From Candidatus Hydrogenedentota bacterium (GTDB lineage: Bacteria > Hydrogenedentota > Hydrogenedentia > Hydrogenedentales > SLHB01): a stretch of DNA of 64,000 nt. The stretch spans positions 32,001 through 96,000 of the forward strand of contig CAXXTH010000022.1 in the NCBI GenBank assembly GCA_963668025.2. The letters run 5' to 3'. The position numbers were made by a program, and so were the translations under genes. The notes below the pieces were generated by a model that saw only the letters and a list, made by a program, of their open reading frames with translations, did not search any database and was not told the origin of the DNA. This document shows positions 9,882 through 20,184 of the stretch, piece by piece. The number at the start of each line of letters is the position of its first letter. Position 1 is the stretch's first letter.

Positions 9882-10979
9882 TTACCACCTTTCCAGACGC
9901 TTAATGATCTCCGGTTGTATTTCCGAATCCGCAGCCAAGCATAGATACAATCCTCGGGGATTCATGTTTGCGATGAACTCCTCTAGCTCATTAAGCTTCA
10001 AATCGATAATCACCGACTTGCCGGCCGCTTGAATTTTCCTAATCAGGGGCAGCCATTGCATGATTGGTTCATCCTCGCCAACCCCTTGCACCCATTGGAT
10101 GGCATTGATCTCGGGGATCGACAGAATGGAGTCCAAGTGCTGGGCGACCCCCTTGCCATCCAGATGGAAGACGTTATGGGTCATGGCTTTAACTTCTCGC
10201 TGGAGACTCGGCAAATAGAAATCATTAAACATTTCCTGGGAAATCATCGTTGCGAAATCACAGCTTGGGATATGCATCTTTCCAAAGGAAGGAACACCCA
10301 ACCAGGTAACGGAGATCTGCCCATGTTTTTTTAGAAGGGCATCGAAATAATCAAAGGTGTATAGAAAATTCCGGTCGGCAATTTGGACCATCTGATGTAT
10401 CTTCTCCGGATTCATCACCATTTCCATACATAGCTCCTGCCGGTTGAGCCAGTCGGCAGCACAGTCCAAACTCCCATGCAAATCCGTATAACCGACCATA
10501 AATCGCCCAGGGCATTTCTCCAAAGCAATGCAGGTCAGTTCTTCAATCTTTCGAAAATACTCATTTTGGGGATCAAACCTAAGTAGAGTTAAGTCATCCC
10601 AATCGTGAATGAGCGGTTCGCACCATGACGTAACCTCGCCGAAGATCAACTGGCTCCCATGGAATGCCGCATACACTCCCGGCCCAAGATTGGGCGAAAA
10701 GACAGGAAAGGTCTCTCCATGGAATTGCCTGCCAGCAATCATCTCAAGAAACAGATCGACTTGGTATTCGGCATCGAACCAACGTTCTTTCAGGCTCCCC
10801 CAGGACCGGCCCGCTTCGGCCTGGACCTGATAGAAGCTTGAATTATGTTCCGAGAAACGGACGGGGGGGCGGTCAATCATTTCACCTTCATACCAAGCAT
10901 TGACCCGCTGCATCGCCATGTCAAAGTCCGGCTTGCATTCCAATTCCATCGAGTGCGACTGCTCCGGTAAAACAGACAT
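9882..10979 (-). CDS. URO-D/methyltransferase-fold protein (second subfamily)
   Basis: AWYEGEMIDRPPV, NLGPGV, CDFATMIS, FHLDG, AIQWVQG motifs; GGAGG RBS. Confidence 0.75.
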   Translation of the reverse strand: MSVLPEQSHSMELECKPDFDMAMQRVNAWYEGEMIDRPPVRFSEHNSSFYQVQAEAGRSWGSLKERWFDAEYQVDLFLEMIAGRQFHGETFPVFSPNLGPGVYAAFHGSQLIFGEVTSWCEPLIHDWDDLTLLRFDPQNEYFRKIEELTCIALEKCPGRFMVGYTDLHGSLDCAADWLNRQELCMEMVMNPEKIHQMVQIADRNFLYTFDYFDALLKKHGQISVTWLGVPSFGKMHIPSCDFATMISQEMFNDFYLPSLQREVKAMTHNVFHLDGKGVAQHLDSILSIPEINAIQWVQGVGEDEPIMQWLPLIRKIQAAGKSVIIDLKLNELEEFIANMNPRGLYLCLAADSEIQPEIIKRLERW

Positions 10980-11128
10980 TTTGCGCCTCCATAATCCCCA
11001 TATTGATATTCCTGCACGCTATCAAGCATCGGCGGCAAACGATGGTTTTGCCAACGCACCTAATGCTGGCTTTGGCTGGTTCTTGTCTTGGTTCCCGATT
11101 TGTCTGACGTTCAAATAACGGCAAGGAA

Positions 11129-14100
11129 TCAAGGTACATCCACGGTCGAATGGGTCATGTTGAGTTTCCCCATCCCACCTTTGAAGTCCTGAGTCACAAC
11201 TGTAAAAGTCGACTCATCTACATTGGTTGTGGAGCCCACACTAGGATGATACAGATACTGGTGCTTCCCTCCGCCCATCGACATCATAAAATGGCAGTTC
11301 TGGATATTAACCGTGCTGCCGGTATCGGGTGATGGGGCATTGCAAACTGAAAAGCGGCCGGGTTCATCGTCGGCCATATCGTAGAAGTCGCAATTCACAA
11401 TCGTAACCGTACTCTTGTTATTGGCAAACAGGCCCCCACCCAGCCACTTGTTACGCCCTGTGGCATCGGCTCCGGTAAACCGGCAATGCTCGATGCGCAG
11501 TTTTCCTGCAATGGGCAAGTTGGAGGCGTTGATGCAATAAATGCCCGGCTGTTTGGTGCGCAACGTAATCTGGCCACCAGCATTGGAGCCAATCCGCACA
11601 TCGCTCACGGCGGGGACGATGCCGCCAGCCATGTTGGCCACATCAAAATGGATCTGGGGATTGTGGCCGGCTTTCGCGCATATAGTCATCCCGTGTTTCC
11701 ACTGATTCGCGATCATCGCCGTTTCGGTATAAACCAGACTGTCCTGGATTTCGATAGTATCGCCAGACGAGGCCTCGGCGATCGCCTTGCTCAAGACGCC
11801 CGCGCCACCACCACTCACTTTGATCGGCACACTCTGGCTCTCAAAAAGCGGTACGGAATCTAGGTAGAGACGCTCTGGAGATGGTAAGGCGTTGGGATAG
11901 CTAGGCACATTTGAATCGATATTTTTGTACGCCCAAGCCCAGCATGAAACCGCCGCGATGCTGGCATCGCCTTTTAGCTCCAGGTGAATGTCATTAGCGC
12001 CCATTCCCAGTTTGCCTACTAGGAAAGTCCAATATTCCGGGACGGGCAATCCCGTGGATGTCCACTGCTTATCTGAACGAATCTCAGCCAGCGATACCTC
12101 CTGGCCGTTGACCAGCAATTTTGCCTGGCCCGCTTGAGGAGTCCCGGAGTTGCCCTCAAGCAGGATAAGGAGTTCGGTTTGAGGGAGCTTGGTTTTGACC
12201 TGGCCGGCCAGCGTGAGTGACATTGAGGTTGGCTGATCTCCCCCCTGTGCCCGTTGGAAATCAACGTTCATCTTGCCTTGCTTGAGATTGTTCCCGAACG
12301 ATTTCTTGGCTGAAACCACACCTTCGAGGTCCTGTTGGGAACTAAGGGACAGGACAAGCGTTTCGTAGGGGGCCAAGGGCACTTCGAGCACGTCCCGCGC
12401 CTTGAGCTGCTTTCCGTAAAGGCGCACCTCGGGGTACAGGCTGACCGCCGAGAGGCCCTTCAGTCCAACGGGCACGCCCACCTGTTTCGCCAGATCCAGC
12501 CGCATGGTTTGCTTTTTGAGCCATGGATTACGCAAAAGAATCAAGCCATGATTTCCGGACCAATGAATGTAACCATAGGGCTGGCGCGGCATGTCCGGTT
12601 CGCCGGTGAATTTTGGCGCGCCTCCGTCTTGCCATGCCTCGGGCAAGAGCGGAGCCGTATGAAGAAGCATGGGCTCATTAGCCCGCGTCCATTTCATCAG
12701 CGCGGCGAGTTCGCCCCAGCGCCGGGCATTCATAAACTTTGGATTGACATAGAGCGACACAAAGGAATGGCCGCGCAGGATCACATCGACCGCATCGTTA
12801 AGGAAAGGCTCGTCGGTCTGATGCACCACGCCCAGCACCTCTTGGGCGTTGATGGGTAACCGAAGGTATGACGCCCCTTGCAGGTTGTAGAAATCGCGAG
12901 CCGATGTGTAGGATTCGCGGAAGATGGGCGCCGGCACGCGCCCCCAGGGATAATCGTCCCCGCGCGGGCCAAGCACGCAGTTGATATGAAACAACCACCA
13001 GGGGCTAACGTTGTTGCCGAAACAAATCTCAATCAACACATCCGGCGCCGCGGTCCGCAAATCCTTGATAATATCTAGCAGGCTTTGGACCATGGCATCC
13101 GAAGCCAGCTCACCTGGCTGATGTCCGTGATCGGTCGCGGTGCATTGAAGCAGGCAGCCATCGAATTTGATCTGGCGCACGCCGCCCTTCACCATCGAAA
13201 GGACACTGTCACGGAATAGTGAGGAATACTTCTTACCCGCCAGGCAGCACAAACGCGCGCCATTCTGCATCCACGTCTCATATCCGTTGGCCTGGGCCCA
13301 ATTTTGATCCAGGGCGTTCGAATAGCATCCAGATGGCGATATCCAGATCCCCTGGTGCGCGTTCATCTGCTGGGCTGCATTCTCAATATTGGCGAAGCCC
13401 TGTGGAAAACTGACGGGATTGATTCGCCAGATGCTTTTGGCGAGAGTCCAGCCGTCATCAAACGTGTATGACTGCGGAGAAACGCCGTAGGGCAGATGCA
13501 GGTTGGTCTTATATGCCTGGATAAGGGAAAGCGCATCCGCCTCATTATATGGGTACGGAGTCGTCCACCAGCTATTAAAGCTGAAATGCAGCTCCGTGGG
13601 CTGGGGCCGGTGCTTGGCGATATAGGCATCAAAGGTTTCGCGCTCGTTCCCCACGATGGCGGCTCCATAGATGGCTCGATGGCTTTGATGCCAAGCCGAA
13701 TCGCCTTGCATCGCCCGGCCGGACTTGTAGGCCAGCAGCAAGCGATTGTTCTCCAGCCGCGTGTAGGCGACGGGAAATTCAATCCCGGCGAAGAATCCCT
13801 TGAAGAAGCCCGGATAGCTCTGCGGGATCTCCGTAAGCAGGAGATCGATTGGTTGATCCGCAACCCGGTCCAACAACTCAAGCTGAATCTCCTTCAGCAC
13901 ACATCCGCTCGGGGCCTCGTGCAGGCGATACTCCGCCCACTTGCGCAGAATCCCCTCGCCCGCATTCCAGCTCAGGTGCACTTTGACTTCCAGCTTCGCC
14001 GCGCCGCTAAGCGGAAGCGGGGCATATGTGGCGATGAATTCCTCACCGGCGGCCAAGTCGCCACTCACCTGCATCGGCGCTTGCAAACCACCGACATTAC

Positions 14101-14317
14101 CGGTATCAAAGACAAATACCGGGCATTTGAGCGAGACGGGAAGACGCAAACCGTCATTGATCATGACAACCTGCTCCGTGGTCTGCTGAAAGGAAACCTC
14201 GGGGGACGAGGCCGCCCAGAGCAACATTTGGGGCATCAGCAAAAACACCAGTACGATCAAGCTACTTATGTTATACGGACTGAAACACTTGAACATGCTT
14301 ATCATCCCAAACTCCAT
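11129..14317 (-). CDS. Secreted GH36-like (clan GH-D) hydrolase with C-terminal beta-helix-like domain
   Basis: FNSWW, FDDGW, GIWISP, IKFDG motifs; signal peptide; C-terminus begins AIAEASSGDTIEI with repeated xxI.NC.F strands. Confidence 0.7.
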   Translation of the reverse strand: MEFGMISMFKCFSPYNISSLIVLVFLLMPQMLLWAASSPEVSFQQTTEQVVMINDGLRLPVSLKCPVFVFDTGNVGGLQAPMQVSGDLAAGEEFIATYAPLPLSGAAKLEVKVHLSWNAGEGILRKWAEYRLHEAPSGCVLKEIQLELLDRVADQPIDLLLTEIPQSYPGFFKGFFAGIEFPVAYTRLENNRLLLAYKSGRAMQGDSAWHQSHRAIYGAAIVGNERETFDAYIAKHRPQPTELHFSFNSWWTTPYPYNEADALSLIQAYKTNLHLPYGVSPQSYTFDDGWTLAKSIWRINPVSFPQGFANIENAAQQMNAHQGIWISPSGCYSNALDQNWAQANGYETWMQNGARLCCLAGKKYSSLFRDSVLSMVKGGVRQIKFDGCLLQCTATDHGHQPGELASDAMVQSLLDIIKDLRTAAPDVLIEICFGNNVSPWWLFHINCVLGPRGDDYPWGRVPAPIFRESYTSARDFYNLQGASYLRLPINAQEVLGVVHQTDEPFLNDAVDVILRGHSFVSLYVNPKFMNARRWGELAALMKWTRANEPMLLHTAPLLPEAWQDGGAPKFTGEPDMPRQPYGYIHWSGNHGLILLRNPWLKKQTMRLDLAKQVGVPVGLKGLSAVSLYPEVRLYGKQLKARDVLEVPLAPYETLVLSLSSQQDLEGVVSAKKSFGNNLKQGKMNVDFQRAQGGDQPTSMSLTLAGQVKTKLPQTELLILLEGNSGTPQAGQAKLLVNGQEVSLAEIRSDKQWTSTGLPVPEYWTFLVGKLGMGANDIHLELKGDASIAAVSCWAWAYKNIDSNVPSYPNALPSPERLYLDSVPLFESQSVPIKVSGGGAGVLSKAIAEASSGDTIEIQDSLVYTETAMIANQWKHGMTICAKAGHNPQIHFDVANMAGGIVPAVSDVRIGSNAGGQITLRTKQPGIYCINASNLPIAGKLRIEHCRFTGADATGRNKWLGGGLFANNKSTVTIVNCDFYDMADDEPGRFSVCNAPSPDTGSTVNIQNCHFMMSMGGGKHQYLYHPSVGSTTNVDESTFTVVTQDFKGGMGKLNMTHSTVDVP

Positions 14318-14371
14318 TCATTCATAATCTTCCACGGCTGGATAAACCCGATATGGTAGAATCACGGATTC

Positions 14372-17300
14372 CTACTGATCATCGCGGAGCAGTTTGGCGT
14401 CGCCAAAGTCCGCGCAATCCCACTCGTTCCCATTGCCGCCGTCCCCAACCAACAGTTCCAGCGTCTTGGCCCCGGTTACGTCAATGTCCACCAGGCGAGC
14501 CGCATCGAACCCCGTCATTAGGCCCGATTCCCAACGGATAACGCCATCCACTTTAATCGTAAAGCAAATTAATCCACGAACCTTGTAGGCATCGTCATCG
14601 AGGCCAACCCAGGTCTGGAAACGTTTGTATCCTTGGCCGGCGATATCGTAAACGATCTGGCCATTGGCGTACGCGCCCACGCCCCGGGCAAAGTATCTGC
14701 TCTTGATATACATCGGCTTCTGAATGACATTTAGATTAAACTGCAGCGGGCGGTCTTGCGTGAGAGAAGCAGGTTTGATCGTGTCCAGATAGACGCCGTT
14801 GATTCGCTCGATGGGACGCGTGCATTCTTGAACAGGTGTATTCGGGGTGATGGTTTGACTATCCAACAATGCCACGGAATCCAGATAGAGCTGCTCGGGC
14901 GCTGGAAGCGCGTTGAGATATTGCACGGAAACCTCGCTTGGGTTTCTGGATGCCCAAGCCCAGCAGGAAGCCGCCGTGAGTTCGGCATCACTAAGCAGAT
15001 TAAGGCGGATTGCGTTTTTACCGGCGGCAAGGGGGGCCTTCAGTATCGTCCAATACTCGGGCAGAGGTAGCAAAGAGGATTTCCAGATCGCCCCGGAGTG
15101 GCTTGCACTCAAAGCCACCTCGCGCCCATTTACCTCCAGCTTCGCTTGGGCGACAATGGGCGATTGCGTTTTGCCTTCCAGGATAATCAATAATTCTGAT
15201 GGCGTCTTTCTCGTGATCACCCGGCCCTCGACCGATAATGCGGCCGCTTCGTTCCGTGCGCCCAAGGGCGCCGTCCAATCAAGCCCCGCGGCCGATTGTT
15301 CATAGGCATCAAAGCTCACGCGTGAGAGCCTGGCTTGAATATTCTTCGTCTTCAGTTCCCGCCCCACGACCTTTGCTGCAGGCTTGAGCCCGGCCAAATC
15401 CTGTCCGGCGGCCAGGGACAATAGGAGGGTTTCATAAGGCGCCAAGGTCACTTCCAAAACGCTTTGGCTGGTCAGACCTTTGCCATAGAGGCGCACTTCT
15501 GGATACAGACTGACTGCTGAGAGCTTAGGCAAACCCGCCGGAGCCTTGGCATCCTCCGCCAGATTCAGCCGGACAGTTTGTTTTTTGATCCAGGGATTAC
15601 GCAGCAGGATCAGTCCACGTTCGTTCTTCCAATGACTATACCCATAGGGTTCACGCGGCATGCGTCCTTCGCCGGTAAAATGCGGGACGGCCCCATCACG
15701 CCATGAGGGCGGTAGTAATGGCGCGGTCTCGGCTAGAATGCTTTCATTCGCCCGGGCCCACTTCATCAGCGCGGCGAGTTGCCCCCAGCGCTGGTCATTC
15801 ATGTATTTCGGATTCACATAGAATGGAATAAATGCATGGCCGCGCAAGATGACGGTCACGGCATCATTGAGGAACGGCTCATCGGTCTGATGCAAAACCC
15901 CCAGCACGCCTTGAGCGACGATCGGCGTAGTCAAGAGCGCCGCGCCTTGCATGCTATAGAAATCACGGGCCGTGGTATAGGATTCACGCAAATTGGGCGA
16001 AGGCACACGGCCGCACGGAGAATCATCGCCATAGCTGCCGGTTATGGAATTGACATAAAACAGCCACCAGGGGCTGGAATTCGCGCTAAAACATCCCGCG
16101 GCTTCCAGCCACGCATCGGGCGCAGCGGCGTGGGCGGCCTCGAAGGCGCGGATGCCCCCTTCGGCCATGGCTTCTGCAGATAATTCATCCGGCTGATGGC
16201 CGTGGTCGGTTTCAGGACATTGCAGTGAATAGCCATCGATCTTGAAGTGCCGCACACCCGAGTCGGTGGCCATGGACACCATGACCTTCTTAAATTCCTC
16301 GCCATATTTTGGGCCCCCCAGGCAGCATTGGCGCAGCCAGCTCCCCTTGATCCAGGTCTCGTAGCCGTGCTCCTTGGCCCACTCCCCGTCAAGGGCGTCA
16401 ATATAGGTGGACGTCGGCGAGATCCATAGGCCCAGATGTGAATTCATCCGTTCGGCGGATGCCTGGATATTATCGAAACCTTGAGGAAACAGCTTGTGAT
16501 CGATTCCCCAGATGCTTTGGCGGTTGGACCAGCCCATATCGATACAGAATGAATCGAAAGATACGCCGAATGGTTTGTACAACTTGTCGTTAAAGTCCTG
16601 CATGATGGCCAGGATGTCTTTTTCGGTGTACGGCATTGGCGAAGTCCACCAATTGCAATAATTGAAGTGCATTCCTTTGGGTTCGGGACGATGCCTGGCA
16701 ATATAGATGCAGAAGGCTTCATGCTCATGGCCAGCGCTCGCGCTCCCATAGACCGCTTTGCGGCTTTGCCGCCAATCGGTATCACCCTGCAACAACAGAC
16801 CGGGCTTGTGCGCCAACAACAATTCGTTGCCCTCCAAGCGCGAGGACGACACTGGGAATTCCACACCGGCGAAGAATCCCTTGAAAAAACCGGGGAAACT
16901 TTGTGGCGCCTGTTGCAGAATGCTGATCGGCTGATCCGCGATCGGAGCGAGTTGATCAAGCTGAATCTCCTGCAAGACACAGCCCGCCGGAGCAGCATGA
17001 AGACGATACTCCACCCATTTGCGTAGAACACCTTCCTGTGCGTTCCAGGCCAGATGCGCTTTAACATCGAGTGTGGCCGTTTCACCGAGCGGAAGCGGCG
17101 CATACGTGGCGACCACTTCCTGGCTGGCTTCCAGATTCCCGCTGGCCTGAACCGGCAACTGCGAACCGCCCACCGACCCAATATTGAAGATAAACAACGG
17201 ACATTGAAGTGAGGCGGGAAAGCGTAGATCGCCATTGACAATTTCAACTCTGTCCTCGAACTGGCGCACAGAAACCGCCGGGAGCTGTGCAGCCTGAACC

Positions 17301-17380
17301 TCCATGCCTGATGCAGACATGACCATCAGACAGACATAACACCAGTTTACAACCAACACACTTGCCATTAGGCGTCCCAT
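14372..17380 (-). CDS. Secreted GH36-like (clan GH-D) hydrolase with C-terminal NPCBM/NEW2 module
   Basis: IDMGW, GLWISP, FKIDG motifs; C-terminal FQTWVGLDD...IDVTGAKTLELLVGDGGNGNEWDCADFGDAKL. Start 17380 follows AAAGGAG. Paralog of the downstream gene. Confidence 0.75.
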   Translation of the reverse strand: MGRLMASVLVVNWCYVCLMVMSASGMEVQAAQLPAVSVRQFEDRVEIVNGDLRFPASLQCPLFIFNIGSVGGSQLPVQASGNLEASQEVVATYAPLPLGETATLDVKAHLAWNAQEGVLRKWVEYRLHAAPAGCVLQEIQLDQLAPIADQPISILQQAPQSFPGFFKGFFAGVEFPVSSSRLEGNELLLAHKPGLLLQGDTDWRQSRKAVYGSASAGHEHEAFCIYIARHRPEPKGMHFNYCNWWTSPMPYTEKDILAIMQDFNDKLYKPFGVSFDSFCIDMGWSNRQSIWGIDHKLFPQGFDNIQASAERMNSHLGLWISPTSTYIDALDGEWAKEHGYETWIKGSWLRQCCLGGPKYGEEFKKVMVSMATDSGVRHFKIDGYSLQCPETDHGHQPDELSAEAMAEGGIRAFEAAHAAAPDAWLEAAGCFSANSSPWWLFYVNSITGSYGDDSPCGRVPSPNLRESYTTARDFYSMQGAALLTTPIVAQGVLGVLHQTDEPFLNDAVTVILRGHAFIPFYVNPKYMNDQRWGQLAALMKWARANESILAETAPLLPPSWRDGAVPHFTGEGRMPREPYGYSHWKNERGLILLRNPWIKKQTVRLNLAEDAKAPAGLPKLSAVSLYPEVRLYGKGLTSQSVLEVTLAPYETLLLSLAAGQDLAGLKPAAKVVGRELKTKNIQARLSRVSFDAYEQSAAGLDWTAPLGARNEAAALSVEGRVITRKTPSELLIILEGKTQSPIVAQAKLEVNGREVALSASHSGAIWKSSLLPLPEYWTILKAPLAAGKNAIRLNLLSDAELTAASCWAWASRNPSEVSVQYLNALPAPEQLYLDSVALLDSQTITPNTPVQECTRPIERINGVYLDTIKPASLTQDRPLQFNLNVIQKPMYIKSRYFARGVGAYANGQIVYDIAGQGYKRFQTWVGLDDDAYKVRGLICFTIKVDGVIRWESGLMTGFDAARLVDIDVTGAKTLELLVGDGGNGNEWDCADFGDAKLLRDDQ

Positions 17381-17491
17381 GTCTTTGTCTCCTTTTATCA
17401 GGTTTAGATTTGTTCGCCAATCCAAGCCAATGGCTGCAAATGCAGTAAATCAATGCATAACATCTCAATAGGACATGCAAGGCCAACCGTC

Positions 17492-18916
17492 TTAGCCAGC
17501 CATTTCCCGTTCGATGGCTTCGAGGGTCTTGCCCTTAGTTTCCGGCAAGCGGCGCCAGAGGTAAGAAAAACCGACCACACAAATCGCCGCATAAAACCAG
17601 AAAGTGCCCGCCGCTCCCAACCTGGCATTGAGCAGCGGGAACAGATAGGTCAAGCTGAAGCAGCCGCTCCACAAAGCGAAAACAGCAACCGACATCGCCG
17701 CGCCTCGAATGCGGTTGGGGAAAATCTCGGCGATAACAACCCAGGTGATCGGCGCCAGTGTACAGGCAAAGCAAGCGATGGCAGCCAACACCAACATCAA
17801 CACCGGCCAGCCGCGCAAGCCGAATTGGTAACTGCATCCCATCAGGATGAAAATCATGGCCAGCCCGGCCGTTCCGATCAGCATCAACGGCCTTCGGCCC
17901 AATCGATCCACCAGACGCAATGCGGCCAAGGTAAAAACCAAGTTGACCAGACCTGTAATCAAAATGTTGAACAGCAGGCCCGAAACCTCGTAGCCTGCCG
18001 CACTGAAGATCTCTTCGGCGTAATTAAAAATCGAATTGATTCCACACCACTGCGAGAGAATGGCCAGCACAATGCCCAGTGTGAGGGGACGTCTCAGGCG
18101 GGGATCAAAGAGTTCTCCAAAATCGACTTTACCCATTTCGCCCGCCAACGAAGCATTGATCTCGTCCATGGCCAGGCGAGCGTAGGCAGCGCCGCCGATA
18201 CGAGCCAGGATCTCCTGCGCCTTGTCTGGAATACCTTTTTTCGCCAGCCAGCGTGGGCTTTCGGGCACGAAAAACAAACCGGCCCAAAAGAGTCCGGCGG
18301 GAATAGCCGTCATGGCGAACATCCAGCGCCAGCCTTGTTGGCCGTTCCAGGAGTTCACTATCTCTTCGGTAGAGGCGCCGACAGGCACCTTTTCGGCGAG
18401 CAGCCAATTGACGAGTTGCGCCAACAGGATGCCGATCACGATGGTCAGTTGGTTGAGCGAAACCAACCGACCACGCAGGGCCGCCGGGGCAATCTCGGCG
18501 ATATACATCGGTGACAGATTGGAGGCCAGACCGATGGCCACGCCGCCCCAAATGCGCCAAAACACGAACTGCGGAAAGGAGTGCGCCAGCCCTGTGCCAA
18601 TGGAGGTGACAACAAAGAGCAATGCGGCCAGAAAGAGCAGCCGCTTGCGGCCGAAGCGGTCGCTCAGGGCTCCCGAAAGCATGGCGCCAGCCAAACACCC
18701 CACCAGCGCGCAGCTCATCGCCCAGCCGATCTCGCCCGCCCCACTCAGACCAAAGTATTGCTCGTAGAATGGCTTAGCCCCACCGATGACCACCCAGTCG
18801 TACCCAAACAGCAGCCCCCCCAGGGCGGCCGTCAGCGCAATCATCCAAAGATAGACGGTGTTAAGACGCATCTCCGCCTCCGCTAGGATGACGGTTTGCG
18901 CAGGAACAGTTTGCAT
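17492..18916 (-). CDS. MFS sugar porter (XylE/GalP/AraE family)
   Basis: ALGGLLFGYD, SDRFGRK, YIAEIAP..LRG, PESPRWL, PETKGKTLE motifs. Confidence 0.95.
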   Translation of the reverse strand: MQTVPAQTVILAEAEMRLNTVYLWMIALTAALGGLLFGYDWVVIGGAKPFYEQYFGLSGAGEIGWAMSCALVGCLAGAMLSGALSDRFGRKRLLFLAALLFVVTSIGTGLAHSFPQFVFWRIWGGVAIGLASNLSPMYIAEIAPAALRGRLVSLNQLTIVIGILLAQLVNWLLAEKVPVGASTEEIVNSWNGQQGWRWMFAMTAIPAGLFWAGLFFVPESPRWLAKKGIPDKAQEILARIGGAAYARLAMDEINASLAGEMGKVDFGELFDPRLRRPLTLGIVLAILSQWCGINSIFNYAEEIFSAAGYEVSGLLFNILITGLVNLVFTLAALRLVDRLGRRPLMLIGTAGLAMIFILMGCSYQFGLRGWPVLMLVLAAIACFACTLAPITWVVIAEIFPNRIRGAAMSVAVFALWSGCFSLTYLFPLLNARLGAAGTFWFYAAICVVGFSYLWRRLPETKGKTLEAIEREMAG

Positions 18917-19091
18917 ACATACTCCCCCATCCAACCTGATACTTCAGGTGGAACCAACGCCATACATCCGGACGCCATTCGTCGATTCACAGACCGCTGC
19001 ATGAATAGATCCTCATGCCAGGAAAGAGCGACCCATTACTGCCCATGCGCTATATATTCCATCTTCGCCTCTCAGATTTGGAATAGCGAAA

Positions 19092-19153
19092 CAGGCCAAA
19101 AACGTACAAAAAACGGCCATTCCGTCACGCTGGTCACAATTATTTTGACCAGC
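19092..19153. promoter_or_regulatory. Putative regulator-binding region between divergent transporter and araC
   Basis: GGCCA repeated at 21-bp spacing (19094, 19115) and palindrome GCTGGTCA-N9-TGACCAGC (19129-19153). Confidence 0.45.
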
Positions 19154-19209
19154 AACAGGTTTTTTGCGAAAATTAGGTATCACAAATCAGCCACACGGAG
19201 ACGAACACT

Positions 19210-20184
19210 ATGGGCCGTTCGCGTAAAAAACTATCCCGAAGCCAGCAATTGACCGATCTCATTCATGCGTCCGATGCCACTCCTCCGCCGCCATCCGTAA
19301 GTAGTATGGATGAAAACGAAATCCAGGCCCGGTTGAATTTCCTGTGGAACCGCAATAAAGGTTCCTACTCCCTAGCGCAGGGTGATACCACTATTGGCGC
19401 CATCGCGCTTAATCTGGTCTGGGATGTCGAGGCCAACGAGTCTTATGATGTGTCCGTCGGCGTTGCGAAAACGCACTCGGCAGAACTACGCAACCGGGGC
19501 GGTACTGGCCTGATCGCCCTGCGCACGCTGGCGGGGACCGGCCGGGTTTATCTGGATTCGGGCATAGTCATCGAAACCCTGCCTGAAACCCTGCTGATCA
19601 TTGAGTGGGCGCATCTGGAGCGCTACCACTGTGTCGGCTCGGTCTGGCGATTTTGGTGGTTTGAATTCGAACTGATGGGGCCAGGCCATTTCCTCACGCA
19701 TCGCCTGATGAACACGCCGATCCATCCTGAAGACAGCAATAATTTTAAGGAATTATACCTGTTGCTCAAGCGCCACGCGCCAACACAGCGACGCCTGGCA
19801 TCCATCCTCTTCATTCTGATGCTCTACCGCTGGATCGCAGGCTGTGAGGAGGAATTCAACGAGACTATCCAACGCAAGGCAATCTTGAAGGTTATCGACC
19901 TGATGTACGAGAAACTCACCGCAACCTGGACAGTGTCAGAAATGGCCAAATCGGTTCACATGAGCCAACGCACTTTCCGCCGCGCCTTTCACGCCGAAAC
20001 GGGCCAAGCGCCCAAGCCATTCTACGACCGGCTTCGCCTAACCTTGGCCCGCGAGCTCTTGCAGCTTAAGCTTTACACCATTTCTGAGGTGGCGGCGCAT
20101 TTCGACTTTTCCAGCGCCAGCCACTTCAGCCTTGCGTTTCGGCGACAATTTGGCTTCGCCCCGTCATCGATCAATCGCCGCTGA
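19210..20184 (+). CDS. AraC family transcriptional regulator
   Basis: C-terminal WTVSEMAKSVHMSQRTFRRAF...TISEVA..FDFSSASHFSLAFRRQFG double HTH. Confidence 0.92.
   Translation: MGRSRKKLSRSQQLTDLIHASDATPPPPSVSSMDENEIQARLNFLWNRNKGSYSLAQGDTTIGAIALNLVWDVEANESYDVSVGVAKTHSAELRNRGGTGLIALRTLAGTGRVYLDSGIVIETLPETLLIIEWAHLERYHCVGSVWRFWWFEFELMGPGHFLTHRLMNTPIHPEDSNNFKELYLLLKRHAPTQRRLASILFILMLYRWIAGCEEEFNETIQRKAILKVIDLMYEKLTATWTVSEMAKSVHMSQRTFRRAFHAETGQAPKPFYDRLRLTLARELLQLKLYTISEVAAHFDFSSASHFSLAFRRQFGFAPSSINRR

Noticed and set aside
17453-18514. 353-aa plus-strand ORF and other long antisense ORFs (e.g. 13496-14359, 38153-39034)
   Set aside because: They lie antisense to well-supported genes, as expected with GC-rich codon bias.
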